From Turneriella sp. (GTDB taxonomy: Bacteria; Spirochaetota; Leptospiria; Turneriellales; Turneriellaceae), in contig CBDIID010000003.1 in the NCBI GenBank assembly GCA_965279515.1, positions 4,288,001 through 4,352,000 on the forward strand: DNA of 64,000 nt, written 5' to 3'. Below the pieces are notes generated by a model that ran no database searches, had not been told where the DNA came from, and saw only the letters and a list, made by a program, of their open reading frames with translations. This document shows, in pieces, positions 50,846 to 61,636 of this stretch. Each line of letters opens with the position of its first letter. Within the stretch, counting starts at the first letter, position 1. Both the position numbers and the translations under genes were made by a program.

Positions 50846-52012
50846 CTAACCCGACGCCGTTTCCTCTTTACCATCGGCATGCCGCGCAAAGCGGCCACGG
50901 GCCCGGTCATGCACAGGCTCAGATGTCTTCCACGGCCAGCCGCCGAACTGGGTGCGGCGGTAATCCGCGAAAGCCTGCTCGATTTCACCGTGCGTATTCA
51001 TGACGAAGGGGCCGTATTGGACCACGGGCTCGGCAATGGGTTTACCTTCAAGCAGCAGCAGTTGAGCTGTTTTGTTGCCGTTTTTCAGCGGAACATCGAC
51101 CGTCGAATCGAGGCGCATACCGTTTGAGGCGCCGATGGCGGTGCCGGCCGCGCTAATCTGTTCGCCATTATAGAAATAAAGAAAACGATTTGTTTTTGCC
51201 GAAGCAGGGGGGAGTGTCCATTCAGCCAGCGCTTCGAGCTCAATATGCCAGATCGCCACGGCGTTATCGGCGTCAGCCGCCCATGAATCCGGCGGCGGCG
51301 CGGCGGCGCGCGTGTCGCCGTAATTTCCCGCGATGATTTCGAGGCGCGCCATGCGGCCTGCGGCGTCTTTAACCGAGATTTTCGGGACGTCGTTATTCCA
51401 GAGCATCTTAAAATGCGGATTTACGAATTTGTTTTTCTTCGGTAGATTCAGCCAGATCTGGAAGAGTTCGAGGGTGTTTTCCTTTTCGCCATCGATCAGC
51501 GGAAACATCTCGGCATGTTGCACGCCGGCGCCGGCCGTCATCCACTGTGTGTCGCCCGCGCCATAACGCCCCGCGGCGCCCATCGAGTCGGAGTGATCGA
51601 TAAAGCCCTTGCGCACGACGGTGACGGTTTCAAAACCGCGGTGCGGATGGTTGGGAAAACCCGGGACCTTTTCGCCGTGGTACATCCGCCAGGCATTGCC
51701 CGACTTTGGGTCGGTGTCTTTGAGCGTGAAATCTTCACCGATTTGCCGGCCGGCCAGCGAAGCCGCAGGGCCCATAACTTCGTTGCCTTTGGGATAAAAA
51801 TCGTGGTGGTGAACGCAGAAGAGAAAGGGATCGGCGGTCTCCCATTGAAAGCCCAGGGGGCGGACATCTAGAATCGGCGACGTTGACATGGTTTTATTTC
51901 TCCCGAAACCGGATTTAAAGAGGTAGGAAATCCCCGTTGCGGCCCCAACGACCGCCGCGATGGCGCCCAAGCCCTTCGTCAGGAAGCTTTTCCTTGTGAT
52001 GTGTAAATCCAT
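50846..52012 (-). CDS. Pirin family protein with N-terminal Tat-like extension
   Basis: DPFL, FP.HPHRGFETVT, QWMTAG.G..H.E, Q.WLNLP, GPFVMN. Confidence 0.92.
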   Translation of the reverse strand: MDLHITRKSFLTKGLGAIAAVVGAATGISYLFKSGFGRNKTMSTSPILDVRPLGFQWETADPFLFCVHHHDFYPKGNEVMGPAASLAGRQIGEDFTLKDTDPKSGNAWRMYHGEKVPGFPNHPHRGFETVTVVRKGFIDHSDSMGAAGRYGAGDTQWMTAGAGVQHAEMFPLIDGEKENTLELFQIWLNLPKKNKFVNPHFKMLWNNDVPKISVKDAAGRMARLEIIAGNYGDTRAAAPPPDSWAADADNAVAIWHIELEALAEWTLPPASAKTNRFLYFYNGEQISAAGTAIGASNGMRLDSTVDVPLKNGNKTAQLLLLEGKPIAEPVVQYGPFVMNTHGEIEQAFADYRRTQFGGWPWKTSEPVHDRARGRFARHADGKEETASG

Positions 52013-52145
52013 CCGGCGTTGTGAAAGTACATAGAGGTGGGTAAAAAGCCAAAGAAAAAGCGATGCATGAAACCTGCGGTAAACTATCCATGATGCAATA
52101 GTTTTATTTTGTTTTACGGCCATAGTGCGTTGTGCAAAATAGCGC

Positions 52146-53039
52146 ATGGCAGACAGATTCGGCGCATTAAAGCATATCGAGACCCTCGACGCGGAGAAGA
52201 ACGCGCACGAGATCGTGGCGGTCTCGAGCGCCTACGATTTCGCCCAGGATACCGAAATTTCCCTGGGGCTTGCGTTTTTCCGTACTTTTGCCATCCCCTC
52301 GATTGCGAAGATTCTCGATGAGACAAAGCAGTTTGAGAAGTTCGGGCAGAAGCGCTACGATGACACAACTTTATTGCTCGCCGAATTTCTCGAGAACGGT
52401 CTCGACAGCGAACGCGGCAAAGAGGCGATCCGCCGCCTGAACCAAATCCATAACGAATACGATATTCCGAACGAAGATTTTATCTATACACTGACCACTT
52501 TCATTTTCGAACCTATTCGCTGGAATGCCCGTTTTGGCTGGCGCCCGCTCAGCGAAAAAGAAAAGCTGGCAGCGTTCTATTTCTGGCTGCGTGTCGGCAA
52601 GATGATGGGGATTAAAAAATTACCCCAAACTTATGCAGCGATGGAAAGTTTCAACGTGACTTTCGAGAGAGAGCATTTCGGTTATACGCCTGAATCGGAA
52701 CGCGTGAGCCGTGCGACCTTGAATGTGCTGGCGAATTTTCTGCCTAAGTTGCCGCTCTTGAAAGAACTCACTTTCGAAACCATCTATGCCCTGCTCGATG
52801 AGCCGCTGCGCCGTGCTGTGGGCTTTCCTGACCCGAACCCGGCTGTAGTGGTTGCTACAGAGGCTTTGTTCAAGGCACGCGCGCTCTATTTGCGCCATCT
52901 GGGCGCCTCCGCCACGGAACCCGTGTATGTCACTAAACGAAAATTCCCGTCCTATCCTGACGGTTATGCCATCTCTGAGCTGGGTCCGAAGCTGCCTGCT
53001 GGCCGCAAAGAATCTCAACGCGGAAAACAATCCGCCTGA
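52146..53039 (+). CDS. Oxygenase MpaB / DUF2236 family protein
   Basis: KRYDDT, R.N.IH, YTL..F, G..MGI. Confidence 0.85.
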   Translation: MADRFGALKHIETLDAEKNAHEIVAVSSAYDFAQDTEISLGLAFFRTFAIPSIAKILDETKQFEKFGQKRYDDTTLLLAEFLENGLDSERGKEAIRRLNQIHNEYDIPNEDFIYTLTTFIFEPIRWNARFGWRPLSEKEKLAAFYFWLRVGKMMGIKKLPQTYAAMESFNVTFEREHFGYTPESERVSRATLNVLANFLPKLPLLKELTFETIYALLDEPLRRAVGFPDPNPAVVVATEALFKARALYLRHLGASATEPVYVTKRKFPSYPDGYAISELGPKLPAGRKESQRGKQSA

Positions 53040-53122
53040 TTTTTTGCGTTGGCTGTGAGCGAAAAATCGCGTTCAAGCTCAGAAAAAGGTTGCCTTCCCG
53101 ATGGGCCATCCGGGTCTGAGAG

Positions 53123-56062
53123 ATGGCCGAGACTGATCGGATTACCAATCTCGAGCGAAAGCTCGAACAGGCGCAGAAGCAGATCTCTGATATTCAGGCA
53201 GAGCTTGCCGAAATTAAGCGCGATCCGGCCGCCACAAAGTCTGCCGTAAAACTCACCCAGGCACCCAAACCCAAACCCCCGGCGGCGCCGAAAGTAAGAT
53301 CGCGCGAGTGGGAGTTCTTTTTTGGCGGGAATATTCTCGGCAAAGCCGGCGTACTGTCGATGGTCATCGCGCTGTCATGGTTTATCAAATATGCATTCGA
53401 TAACAACTGGGTGAATGAATCGGGAAAGATCTTTTTTGGAAGCCTGATCTCTGCCACGCTGGGCTTTTTTGGCCTGTGGACAGCGAAGAAAAAATTCCAG
53501 GCGCTGCCGCTGGCTCTGTTCGGCGGCTCCATCGCCGGTTTTCTGATGACGATTTTTGCGGCGTATTATTTATACGATTTGTTCGGGCGCACGGAAGCTT
53601 TCCTTTATCTGGCCGGCGTGCTGCTGTCGGGGTTTTTACTTTCTTACCGGACGGCGTCGCAGTCGTTGTTCGTGTTTTCTTTGCTCGGCGCCTTTGGGCT
53701 ACCGGTCATGTTTTCGCAGGGTGAAAATTCGTATCGGTTCCTGTTCTCTTACCTGCTACTCGTTAACCTCGGCTACCATGCTATTAACCGTAAATTCCGC
53801 TGGCGCATCTCGTCTGCGGTTATGGCTGTGCTCAATATTACGGTTTGGATGGGATGGTATGCGGCGAACGGCCAACATAGTTCTTTCCTCATCCCATTTT
53901 CTTACCTCAGCGTCGTCAGCATCGCCTATTTATTTGCAGAGAACCCGTTCCGAAATCCCAGGAGTGGTGATTTTGCTCTGCTGACAGCTCTGCTCTTTAT
54001 GGTTTTTTTCTTTTTTTACGGGGGCACCGGTTACCAGATCCTCATGTTTCACCACGCGGATTATGCGCCGCACTTTCTTGCCTTCGCATCGCTTTTACCG
54101 GTTTGGCAATTCAGGAATATTGCCAAACAACCGGAAGCGACTCCCGGTATCCTGTTATTTATCTGTTCAAAAGCCGGCGCAACGCTGGCGCTTCTGGCTT
54201 TTTTCAAAGGCAATGACCTGACGCTTGCTCTTCTCGCCGCCATCGCCTTCTACCTGCACCTTTTTGCCGCGCGCAGGTTTACTCTGTCTTATATCACTTC
54301 GCTTCCTCTGGTTCTGGTTTTCGTGGCCCGCCTGTTTACTTTGAATTTTGATCGCGATGCCTGGCCTTTTCTGAATTACCGCTTTATGCTGTTTGCATTA
54401 TCAGCGGCACTTTTTGCTTATACGCACCTGCGGGCCCGTGATTTCGGCAAACAATGGTATTGGAAGATTCCCGGCGGTTTTGCCTTAACGATGCTGATCA
54501 TCGGCACGTGTGTTCAGGTCGATCTCGTCGTTTCGAATGCGCACTATAGAAATCTGGGTTATTCCTATGTTCTCGCCTTTTATGCGGCGGTATTTCTGGG
54601 CGCCGGTTTTTGGAAACAAGGCCGCTTTCTGCGGCAGAGCGGATTTATCCTCGCGCTGCTCCTGGTGGCGAAATTATACCTCTACGATATCTGGACGCTG
54701 AGCCTGCTTCCCCGGATCATCGCGGGGCTTTCCTTGGGCGCAGGGCTCGTCGTTCTCAGTTTAATGTATCAGAAATTCAGGGAGCAACTTATGAAATCAT
54801 TCGGTAAAACGCCGGTAGCGCTATTCTTAATCGGTGCGGTAGCCTTGGGCGGTGGGCTGAGAGCCGAGAGCATCAAGGGTTATCATTTTGTAAAAAAAAT
54901 TCAACCTGCGACCGGTGCCGCGGCAAAATCGAACCGCCTTTTTGGATGGCTGCGCATCGACGATGAAATTTACCGCAACTCGGGCGACTACGATATACGC
55001 CTGCGTTATAAGAACCGCTCGCTGCCATACCTGGTTCGGGGTGAACTTACCGCCCAAAAATCAGAGCTGACCAAACAGCCCACAGTTACCTATTCTGATG
55101 CGACGGAAAATGTGCAGACCTATGTATTGCGTATGCCTCAGCTTCCCGAGGGTTATGTTTACGATGTTCTTACGCTGCAGCGCTACGATACGTTTGAATC
55201 GAATGTCATCATCTCTGCCACGGATTTTGACGGCTCGGTTTCTTCTGCCGGCGAGCAACGGCTTTTCCGTCACCGCGATGAGGAAAATCTGAAAATCCGT
55301 CTCGCCGCGCGTGGTGTCAAAAGCCTGCGTTTGGAAATCTCGCCGCCGGGGCAATTCGAGGTGGTGTCCGCCACGGCACGTGCGGCAACAAAAGATACGG
55401 AAATCCCCGTGGCTGTAGACCTGGCGTCGCTGAAAATGGAACTCAATAAAGATATCCGTTATTCGGTGGTCTATTTTAATAACCCCGATGGCCGCAAGCT
55501 CAGCCGCGTGCGCATCAAATTTAAGGAATCCCGTTACCGCCGCGAAGTGAAAGTGTATGAGCAGACTGCAGAATCGCGCCGTTATGCTTTGACCGATAGC
55601 CGTGTGGTGACGCGGGGCAAAAGCGAAAAAGAAGTTTCGCCCTGGGTTGAGTTCACTTTCAACGGCAACAGGGCCCGCAAATTAAAGCTCGAGATCGCCT
55701 ACGCGGATGATGCACCGTTAACGGTCGATGGTTTTGAAACCTGGGCGTTGTCAGAGAATATTCTTTTTGAAATACCTGCGGAGCTCGAAGCGAATGAAGA
55801 CATTCTGCTCTATTACGGCAACCGCTATGCCCGGCAGCCATCGTATGATCTTGCGAGCCGCATCGACGCCAACTCGCCCTTGACCCAGTTCAGCGCCGCC
55901 AAAGGAGAGGCGAATCCTGATTTCGGTTATGCCCTGGTCGAGCCGCCGCTGTCGACCTGGGTGATCCGCATTACTTTTGGAATCTTATTGGCTGCCTTGG
56001 TTCTCGCCGCGTGGAAAATTCTTGGCAAGTACGCTGAAACCAACAAGCCGGCCGAGAGTTAA
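53123..56062 (+). CDS. DUF2339-type multi-pass membrane protein fused to an extracytoplasmic (DUF3999-like) domain
   Basis: E...GGN.L.K.G, F.KYAF.N.W, KLYLYD.W.L; C-terminal LYYGN..A..P.YDL followed by a TM helix. Confidence 0.8.
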   Translation: MAETDRITNLERKLEQAQKQISDIQAELAEIKRDPAATKSAVKLTQAPKPKPPAAPKVRSREWEFFFGGNILGKAGVLSMVIALSWFIKYAFDNNWVNESGKIFFGSLISATLGFFGLWTAKKKFQALPLALFGGSIAGFLMTIFAAYYLYDLFGRTEAFLYLAGVLLSGFLLSYRTASQSLFVFSLLGAFGLPVMFSQGENSYRFLFSYLLLVNLGYHAINRKFRWRISSAVMAVLNITVWMGWYAANGQHSSFLIPFSYLSVVSIAYLFAENPFRNPRSGDFALLTALLFMVFFFFYGGTGYQILMFHHADYAPHFLAFASLLPVWQFRNIAKQPEATPGILLFICSKAGATLALLAFFKGNDLTLALLAAIAFYLHLFAARRFTLSYITSLPLVLVFVARLFTLNFDRDAWPFLNYRFMLFALSAALFAYTHLRARDFGKQWYWKIPGGFALTMLIIGTCVQVDLVVSNAHYRNLGYSYVLAFYAAVFLGAGFWKQGRFLRQSGFILALLLVAKLYLYDIWTLSLLPRIIAGLSLGAGLVVLSLMYQKFREQLMKSFGKTPVALFLIGAVALGGGLRAESIKGYHFVKKIQPATGAAAKSNRLFGWLRIDDEIYRNSGDYDIRLRYKNRSLPYLVRGELTAQKSELTKQPTVTYSDATENVQTYVLRMPQLPEGYVYDVLTLQRYDTFESNVIISATDFDGSVSSAGEQRLFRHRDEENLKIRLAARGVKSLRLEISPPGQFEVVSATARAATKDTEIPVAVDLASLKMELNKDIRYSVVYFNNPDGRKLSRVRIKFKESRYRREVKVYEQTAESRRYALTDSRVVTRGKSEKEVSPWVEFTFNGNRARKLKLEIAYADDAPLTVDGFETWALSENILFEIPAELEANEDILLYYGNRYARQPSYDLASRIDANSPLTQFSAAKGEANPDFGYALVEPPLSTWVIRITFGILLAALVLAAWKILGKYAETNKPAES

Positions 56063-56346
56063 GGCGCCGGCGGCGGCCTGAAACCAAACCGTTTCAGCGC
56101 CTTCTCTTTGGCCTTCGCGGCTTCGACGGCGCGGTAGCGCGGCGGCGCCTGCGTGACCAGCGCCGCTAGCAGGCGTTCGGCGATAGCGGTGGTTTCCTGC
56201 ACAGCAGCATCAAACGCCGGTTCATTGGCTTTTGAAGGTTTCGTGAAGCCGCTGAGCTTGCGCACAAACTGAATGCTCGCCGCCTCGATTTCTTCGTGGG
56301 TCGCGGGTGGATCAAAATTAAACAGAGTCTTGATGTTCCTGCACAT
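56059..56346 (-). CDS. DUF2277 family protein
   Basis: MCRNIKTLFNF.PPAT, QFVRKLSG. Confidence 0.9.
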   Translation of the reverse strand: MCRNIKTLFNFDPPATHEEIEAASIQFVRKLSGFTKPSKANEPAFDAAVQETTAIAERLLAALVTQAPPRYRAVEAAKAKEKALKRFGFRPPPAP

Positions 56347-56389
56347 GGCTCAGCGCTGACCGCGCTCATGCCCGGTCAATAAACTTGTT

Positions 56390-57643
56390 TCAGCGATGCT
56401 CAGCGCCCCGGGCGCGGCGGAACTCTTCAGCCATACGAATCCGCGAGATGGGATCGGGATGGCTCGCGCGCCAAAGGTAGGGCAGAACGCGTGGATTCGG
56501 ATCGGAGAGATTGTCCTGCGTGAGTTTCGTTTCCATACGGATGGCCGCGTCAGGATCCAGCGTTACATTGAGACCGAATAGGTCGGCATCGGCCTCCGCG
56601 CGCCGTGAGACGCTGGCGACTGCCGGTTCAATAGCGAAATTGGCCAGGCTGAAAACCATGAGCACCAGGGGCAGCAATACCCCGACATGGCCTTCTTGAA
56701 CCGGGTCGGGGAATATCTTTGTCAGCCACCGAATCAACATTCCCGCAGCAGGAATCGCCAGCCAGATCATGGCCACACTGAAGAACAGGTTTTTCCAGAT
56801 GTGGTTGAAATGTGAGTGACCCATCTCGTGGCCGACGATCGCGAGAATCTCGTCTTCAGAAAATTTTTTCATGAGGTTATCGAACAGGACAACCCGGTGT
56901 GTGCCCCAGAGGCCTGAAACGTAGGCATTGGTGCGGTTTGTTTTTGCCGACGCTTTCATGACGAGAATGTTTTCGAGCCGCATATTCTGCGACAGGGCCA
57001 GCCGTTCGATACGGGTGCGCAGCGCGCCTGCGGGGAGATCCTTGTAATCGAAGAACATCGGCTCGATAAGCAGTGGAATGATAAAAGTTGCGAATATCGT
57101 AAAGATCGTGAAGCTGATCCCGGTCAACCAAACCCAGCTGCGCCGGAATTTGCCGTAAAGCCACACGAACAATGCTGTCAGCGCCACTGCAATAACCAGC
57201 CCGAGCAGTAGCCCCTTCGTGTAATCGGCAACAAACCCGGCGGCAGTCTGGTTTGAAAAACCGAATTCTTTTTCGAGGCGGTGGCCGAAAAAAAAGTATA
57301 TCGGTAAACGCAGCAGGTTTTCAAAGAGTACCATCGCCGCTATGATCGCCGCACCCTGAGTGACAGCTGACCAACGCGTACGCGCCAGCCGGCGGTACAG
57401 CCAGAGCAACGGACCACCGAAGATAAAAAGCAGGTCGATCAGAATCTGGCCAGGGACGGTAAATCTCTGCGCCTGCAGCCGGCGCTCTTTGTAAACCTCG
57501 GCCTTTTCAATATACTCGGCGGAAAAGTATTCTTTGACGGCGCTTTCGGAATAAAGCCTGGGCGAAAATTGCGAGCAAAGCGAAAACGCCCCGCGCAGAA
57601 GGGCAAGTGTTATGAGCAGCCAGGCAAGTTTTTTCCAGGTCAT
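56390..57643 (-). CDS. M48 family (Ste24-like) membrane metallopeptidase
   Basis: NAY..G, HEMGH, SR..E..AD, SHP....RI. Confidence 0.92.
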   Translation of the reverse strand: MTWKKLAWLLITLALLRGAFSLCSQFSPRLYSESAVKEYFSAEYIEKAEVYKERRLQAQRFTVPGQILIDLLFIFGGPLLWLYRRLARTRWSAVTQGAAIIAAMVLFENLLRLPIYFFFGHRLEKEFGFSNQTAAGFVADYTKGLLLGLVIAVALTALFVWLYGKFRRSWVWLTGISFTIFTIFATFIIPLLIEPMFFDYKDLPAGALRTRIERLALSQNMRLENILVMKASAKTNRTNAYVSGLWGTHRVVLFDNLMKKFSEDEILAIVGHEMGHSHFNHIWKNLFFSVAMIWLAIPAAGMLIRWLTKIFPDPVQEGHVGVLLPLVLMVFSLANFAIEPAVASVSRRAEADADLFGLNVTLDPDAAIRMETKLTQDNLSDPNPRVLPYLWRASHPDPISRIRMAEEFRRARGAEHR

Positions 57644-57692
57644 TTGATAAAACCTTACTTTACGCTATGGAACAGAGGTATCTCTTGTTTTC

Positions 57693-59414
57693 ATGGTCGC
57701 CGCTTTTTCCCTGAAAAGATATTTATTCGTCTGTGTCATCTTGTTTTCCTGTAAGGGCGAAATTTCGCACAGCTTTGCCGGCGCATGGCAATCTTTACCC
57801 GCCGAGCTGCAGGGTGAAGTGCAGGGCATGCCTGGCCACTGGTCGGTCGAGGGTAAGGGCGGCGCCGTCTCCGCGGCAAATGCGCTGGCGACCGAAGCGG
57901 GCATCCGGATTTTAACGCGCGGCGGTAACGCGATTGAAGCGCTCTTGGCCGTGCAGTGGTCCTTGGCGGTCGCTGAACCACAGTCTTCGGGCCTGGGCGG
58001 CGGCGGATTTCTTCTTTATTACGATGCAAAAACCAAAAAGGTCTATGCCTTCGACGGCCGCGAAGAGCTGCCAGAAAATGCGGATGAAAACCTTTTCCTG
58101 GACAGCGCGGGCAAACCCCTGCCTTTTCCCGAACGCATTCAAGGTGCGCGCGCCGTGGGTGTGCCCGGCACCGTGGCTCTGATGGAGTATGCCTTTAAGC
58201 GTTTCAATTCAGGCAAAATTCCATTCGCGGAGACGTTTAAGCGCGCCATCGAATTAGCGCGCCATGGCATCAGAGTTTCGCCGCGGCTGCACCAGGCGAT
58301 GAAGCTGAACCGTGAGCGGCTCATCAGGCAAAACGGCGGTTATAATCCCTACCTGCGTTTGCAAGAGGCGTATGCGATTGCAGAACCCTTTTACCAGCGC
58401 GATCTCGCCTCGACGCTTGAGCTGATTTCTGAGAAGGGAGCGGCGGCGTTTTATTCGGGTGTGATTGCCAAAGACATCTTATCGACTGTAACCAGCAACC
58501 GTGATTATCCTTCGGCGATGACTACGGCGGATCTGACGAATTACCGGGTAGCAGAGCGCAAAGTCGCCGAATTCGCCGCAGGGCAAAGCCGCGTCTTTTC
58601 CATGCCCGCGCCCGCGTCGGGGGCTTTTGTTCTCACTGCGATAAGGCCGATGCCACTTGCGGGTGATGCCGAGTTCCTTGCGGGATCGCTTGCGGTGCAG
58701 CGGAATGCGTTCGTGATGCGTGAAAGATTTCTCGAAGACCCGGATTTTGCCGCCGCTAAGACCGCGGCGGCCGCCGGTAAGGAAGCAGAGAACACCACAC
58801 ATGTTTCGATTGCCGACGCCGAGGGCAATATCGTGAGTTATACATCGTCGGTTGAAACGAGCATGGGCTCGGCACTGGTCGTTTCCGGCCGCGGCTTTCT
58901 GCTCAATAACCAGCTGAGCGATTTTGCCGCTGAAAAAGGTAAAGTGAATTCTGTGCAGAAGGGACGCCGCGTCCGCGCCACGGCGATTAATGCCGAAGCT
59001 AAAGAAACCCGGGGCGCAAAGCGGCCGAAAAGTTCGATGTCGCCGCTCATTATCCTGAAAAACGACGGTTCATTTGCCGCGTTGGGGTCACCCGGCGGCC
59101 CCACGATCGTCGGTACCAATGCGCTGGTCGCTTCGCGGTTTTTATCGGGCGATGAATTGCAGGATGCCATCAATAAGCCGCGCGCACTCATGATGCCGAA
59201 TGGCAAGGCGATTGTGGAATTGCCTGTCAAACGCAATGCCGCACTTGTCGCGGCACTCAGGGCGCGCGGTTTTGACATCGATCTGCGCCGCAATATTATT
59301 TCATTGGGCTCGGTGCAGGCAGTGGGTTACAATGCCCTAACGAAAAGATTTACCGCCGCTTCCGATTTGCGGCGCGAAGGTTTGGGGCTCGTCGTCACAG
59401 CCGTCGTGGAATAA
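57693..59414 (+). CDS. ggt: Gamma-glutamyltransferase
   Basis: GGNA, EPQSSGLGGG, DGRE, GVPG, TTH.S, LNNQL.DF, RP.SSM.P, GSPGG. Confidence 0.92.
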   Translation: MVAAFSLKRYLFVCVILFSCKGEISHSFAGAWQSLPAELQGEVQGMPGHWSVEGKGGAVSAANALATEAGIRILTRGGNAIEALLAVQWSLAVAEPQSSGLGGGGFLLYYDAKTKKVYAFDGREELPENADENLFLDSAGKPLPFPERIQGARAVGVPGTVALMEYAFKRFNSGKIPFAETFKRAIELARHGIRVSPRLHQAMKLNRERLIRQNGGYNPYLRLQEAYAIAEPFYQRDLASTLELISEKGAAAFYSGVIAKDILSTVTSNRDYPSAMTTADLTNYRVAERKVAEFAAGQSRVFSMPAPASGAFVLTAIRPMPLAGDAEFLAGSLAVQRNAFVMRERFLEDPDFAAAKTAAAAGKEAENTTHVSIADAEGNIVSYTSSVETSMGSALVVSGRGFLLNNQLSDFAAEKGKVNSVQKGRRVRATAINAEAKETRGAKRPKSSMSPLIILKNDGSFAALGSPGGPTIVGTNALVASRFLSGDELQDAINKPRALMMPNGKAIVELPVKRNAALVAALRARGFDIDLRRNIISLGSVQAVGYNALTKRFTAASDLRREGLGLVVTAVVE

Positions 59415-59422
59415 GGAAACAA

Positions 59423-61072
59423 ATGCAATTTGCAGATTTTATTGTCATCGGCGCCTATTTTATCCTGACCTTCGGCGTCGGCGTACTCGCGCTCAGGCGC
59501 AAAAATGAAACCACCGAAGATTATTTTCTCTCGGGCCGCAAGCTGCCCTGGCATCTTGCAGGCCTGTCGATGGTGGCGACGACCTTCGCGGCGGATACGC
59601 CGCTCGCCGTCACCGGCATTACGCTGGAACGCGGCATCGCCGGCAACTTTCTCTGGCTCTCGCTGATTCCCGCCGGGCTCATGACGGCCGTTTTTTATGC
59701 ACGGCTCTGGCGCCGCTCGGGCGTCATGACCGACGCCGAGTTCGCGACGCTGCGCTATTCCGGCACTTCGGCGGCATTCCTGCGGCGCTTCCGCGCGCTG
59801 TACCTCGCCGTACCAGTGAATCTCATCATCATGGGCTGGGTAACAACAGGCATGGCAAAGGTTATGGCCGTATTCTTTGATTATCCGACCTGGGCAACAA
59901 TGGGCATCCTCTACGCCTTTACCGTTGTCTACATCATTCTCTCAGGCCTCTGGGGCGTCGTCGTCACCGATGCGCTGCAATTTATTATCGCGATGGTAGG
60001 ATGTATTATTTTGTCGGTGGTGTCCGTTGAAAAGGTCGGCGGCCTCGCAGAGCTTTGGCAAAAAGCCGGCGCGATGTTGCCGCAAGGGTTCACCGAAGTC
60101 TATCCCTGGTATTTTACCGGGCCCGTCTATGTCGTCGCTGTCTGGCTCGGCGTGCAGTGGTGGGCTTCGTGGTATCCGGGGTTTGAGCCGGGCGGCGGCG
60201 GCTATGTCGTGCAGCGCCTTTTATCGACCAAGGATGAAAACCATGCGGTCGGGGCCTCTATCCTCTTTAATGTGCTGCACTTTGTGGTGCGTCCCTGGCC
60301 GTGGATCATCACTGCGCTCTGCGCCGCAGTGGCGCTGCCGGCCGGCGGCGACAAAGAGTTACTCTACCCGCAGGCGATTCTCGCGTGGTTGCCGCCGGGT
60401 CTTAAGGGCCTGCTCATCGCCTCGTTTCTCGCCGCATTCATGTCGACGATCGCCACACACCTGAACTGGGGGGCATCCTACATTGTGAACGATGTCGCCG
60501 GTGGTACAAAATTTCTGCCGGCAACGGACCACGGCAAGGTTCTGCTGTCACGTGTTGTCATTTTGCTGCTGGCGACTGCAGCGATCGGCGTCTCTTATCT
60601 GATGAGTTCTGTCAGCCAGGGGTGGGAACTCATCCTCATGCTCTCTGCCGGTACCGGGCCCGTGTATTTGCTCCGCTGGTACTGGAAAAAGGTGAATGCA
60701 TGGAGCGAGATTTCGGCGATGTGCGCCTCGTTCGTATTCTCGCTGGTGATACAGCGTTTTGCGCTGCCGCAGGAAATCCGCCTGTGTTTTGTGGCCGCTG
60801 CGACGTCTATTGTCTGGGTACTCGTGACGCTCATTGTGCGGTCTGATACTCCGGAAAAAATACGTGATTTTGAAATGCGCACAAGGCCGACGCCGTGGCG
60901 CTTGCCTGAAATTCTGATTTTTATTTCGGGCGTCGTGGTTATTTACGCGGCATTTTTCGCGCTGGGTGAACTCTTAAAAGCGCATTATACGAAGGCGGCG
61001 ATCAACTTTGCTGTCGTCTGCACCGGTGGTGCGGTTGCCTTTCTCGCTCTGAAACGCCGCAGTCTCAGTTGA
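59423..61072 (+). CDS. Sodium:solute symporter family protein
   Basis: YFL.GR, SMVATTF, GVV.TD, QR.LS, AAFMST. Confidence 0.92.
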   Translation: MQFADFIVIGAYFILTFGVGVLALRRKNETTEDYFLSGRKLPWHLAGLSMVATTFAADTPLAVTGITLERGIAGNFLWLSLIPAGLMTAVFYARLWRRSGVMTDAEFATLRYSGTSAAFLRRFRALYLAVPVNLIIMGWVTTGMAKVMAVFFDYPTWATMGILYAFTVVYIILSGLWGVVVTDALQFIIAMVGCIILSVVSVEKVGGLAELWQKAGAMLPQGFTEVYPWYFTGPVYVVAVWLGVQWWASWYPGFEPGGGGYVVQRLLSTKDENHAVGASILFNVLHFVVRPWPWIITALCAAVALPAGGDKELLYPQAILAWLPPGLKGLLIASFLAAFMSTIATHLNWGASYIVNDVAGGTKFLPATDHGKVLLSRVVILLLATAAIGVSYLMSSVSQGWELILMLSAGTGPVYLLRWYWKKVNAWSEISAMCASFVFSLVIQRFALPQEIRLCFVAAATSIVWVLVTLIVRSDTPEKIRDFEMRTRPTPWRLPEILIFISGVVVIYAAFFALGELLKAHYTKAAINFAVVCTGGAVAFLALKRRSLS

Positions 61073-61583
61073 GCATGATGCTCTTGTGCGTGCGCGCAAA
61101 GTGGCGGTAGAGTCCGCCTTTTTCGACGAGGCAGCGGCGCCAGAGATCGGCATCGGGGTCGTGGAAGATCAGATCGGCGCGCGCGTCGATCACTGTCCAG
61201 CTGTTGGTTCTCAGTTCATATTCAAGCTGGCCTGTCGCCCAGCCGGCATAACCCGCGTAACGCCGGTACGGTAATTTTTCGCCGGCAAGTTCGGTGATGA
61301 GGTCGTCAGAGCTTTCAAAATAAACCCCGTCGATAACCGCCTGGTCGGTGGCAAGCTGCGCCGAGCTGTGCAAAAGCGAACGGTGGTCGGGGTCGACCGG
61401 GCCACCCTTGAAGAGCGGGTGTTTGCGGCGGCGGTCACCGGGCAGCAAATGGTTGAGAACGAGGCCCAGCGAACCCCGGGCGTCATGGTCGACGATCAGC
61501 ACAACGCTTTTATTAAAATGCCCGTCGAGTATAGCTGAGCTGGCGATGAGCAGCTTACCCTTGAGAGGAGGAAAGTCGTCCAT
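61065..61583 (-). CDS. YqgE/AlgH family protein
   Basis: LLIA, G..GLVLN, GGPV, GYAGW..GQL..E. Confidence 0.9.
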   Translation of the reverse strand: MDDFPPLKGKLLIASSAILDGHFNKSVVLIVDHDARGSLGLVLNHLLPGDRRRKHPLFKGGPVDPDHRSLLHSSAQLATDQAVIDGVYFESSDDLITELAGEKLPYRRYAGYAGWATGQLEYELRTNSWTVIDARADLIFHDPDADLWRRCLVEKGGLYRHFARTHKSIMLN

Positions 61584-61636
61584 GGTCCATGGCTGGACGC
61601 GGGTTTGCGCTGGCAAGAAGTCAGCGGAGAGATTTT

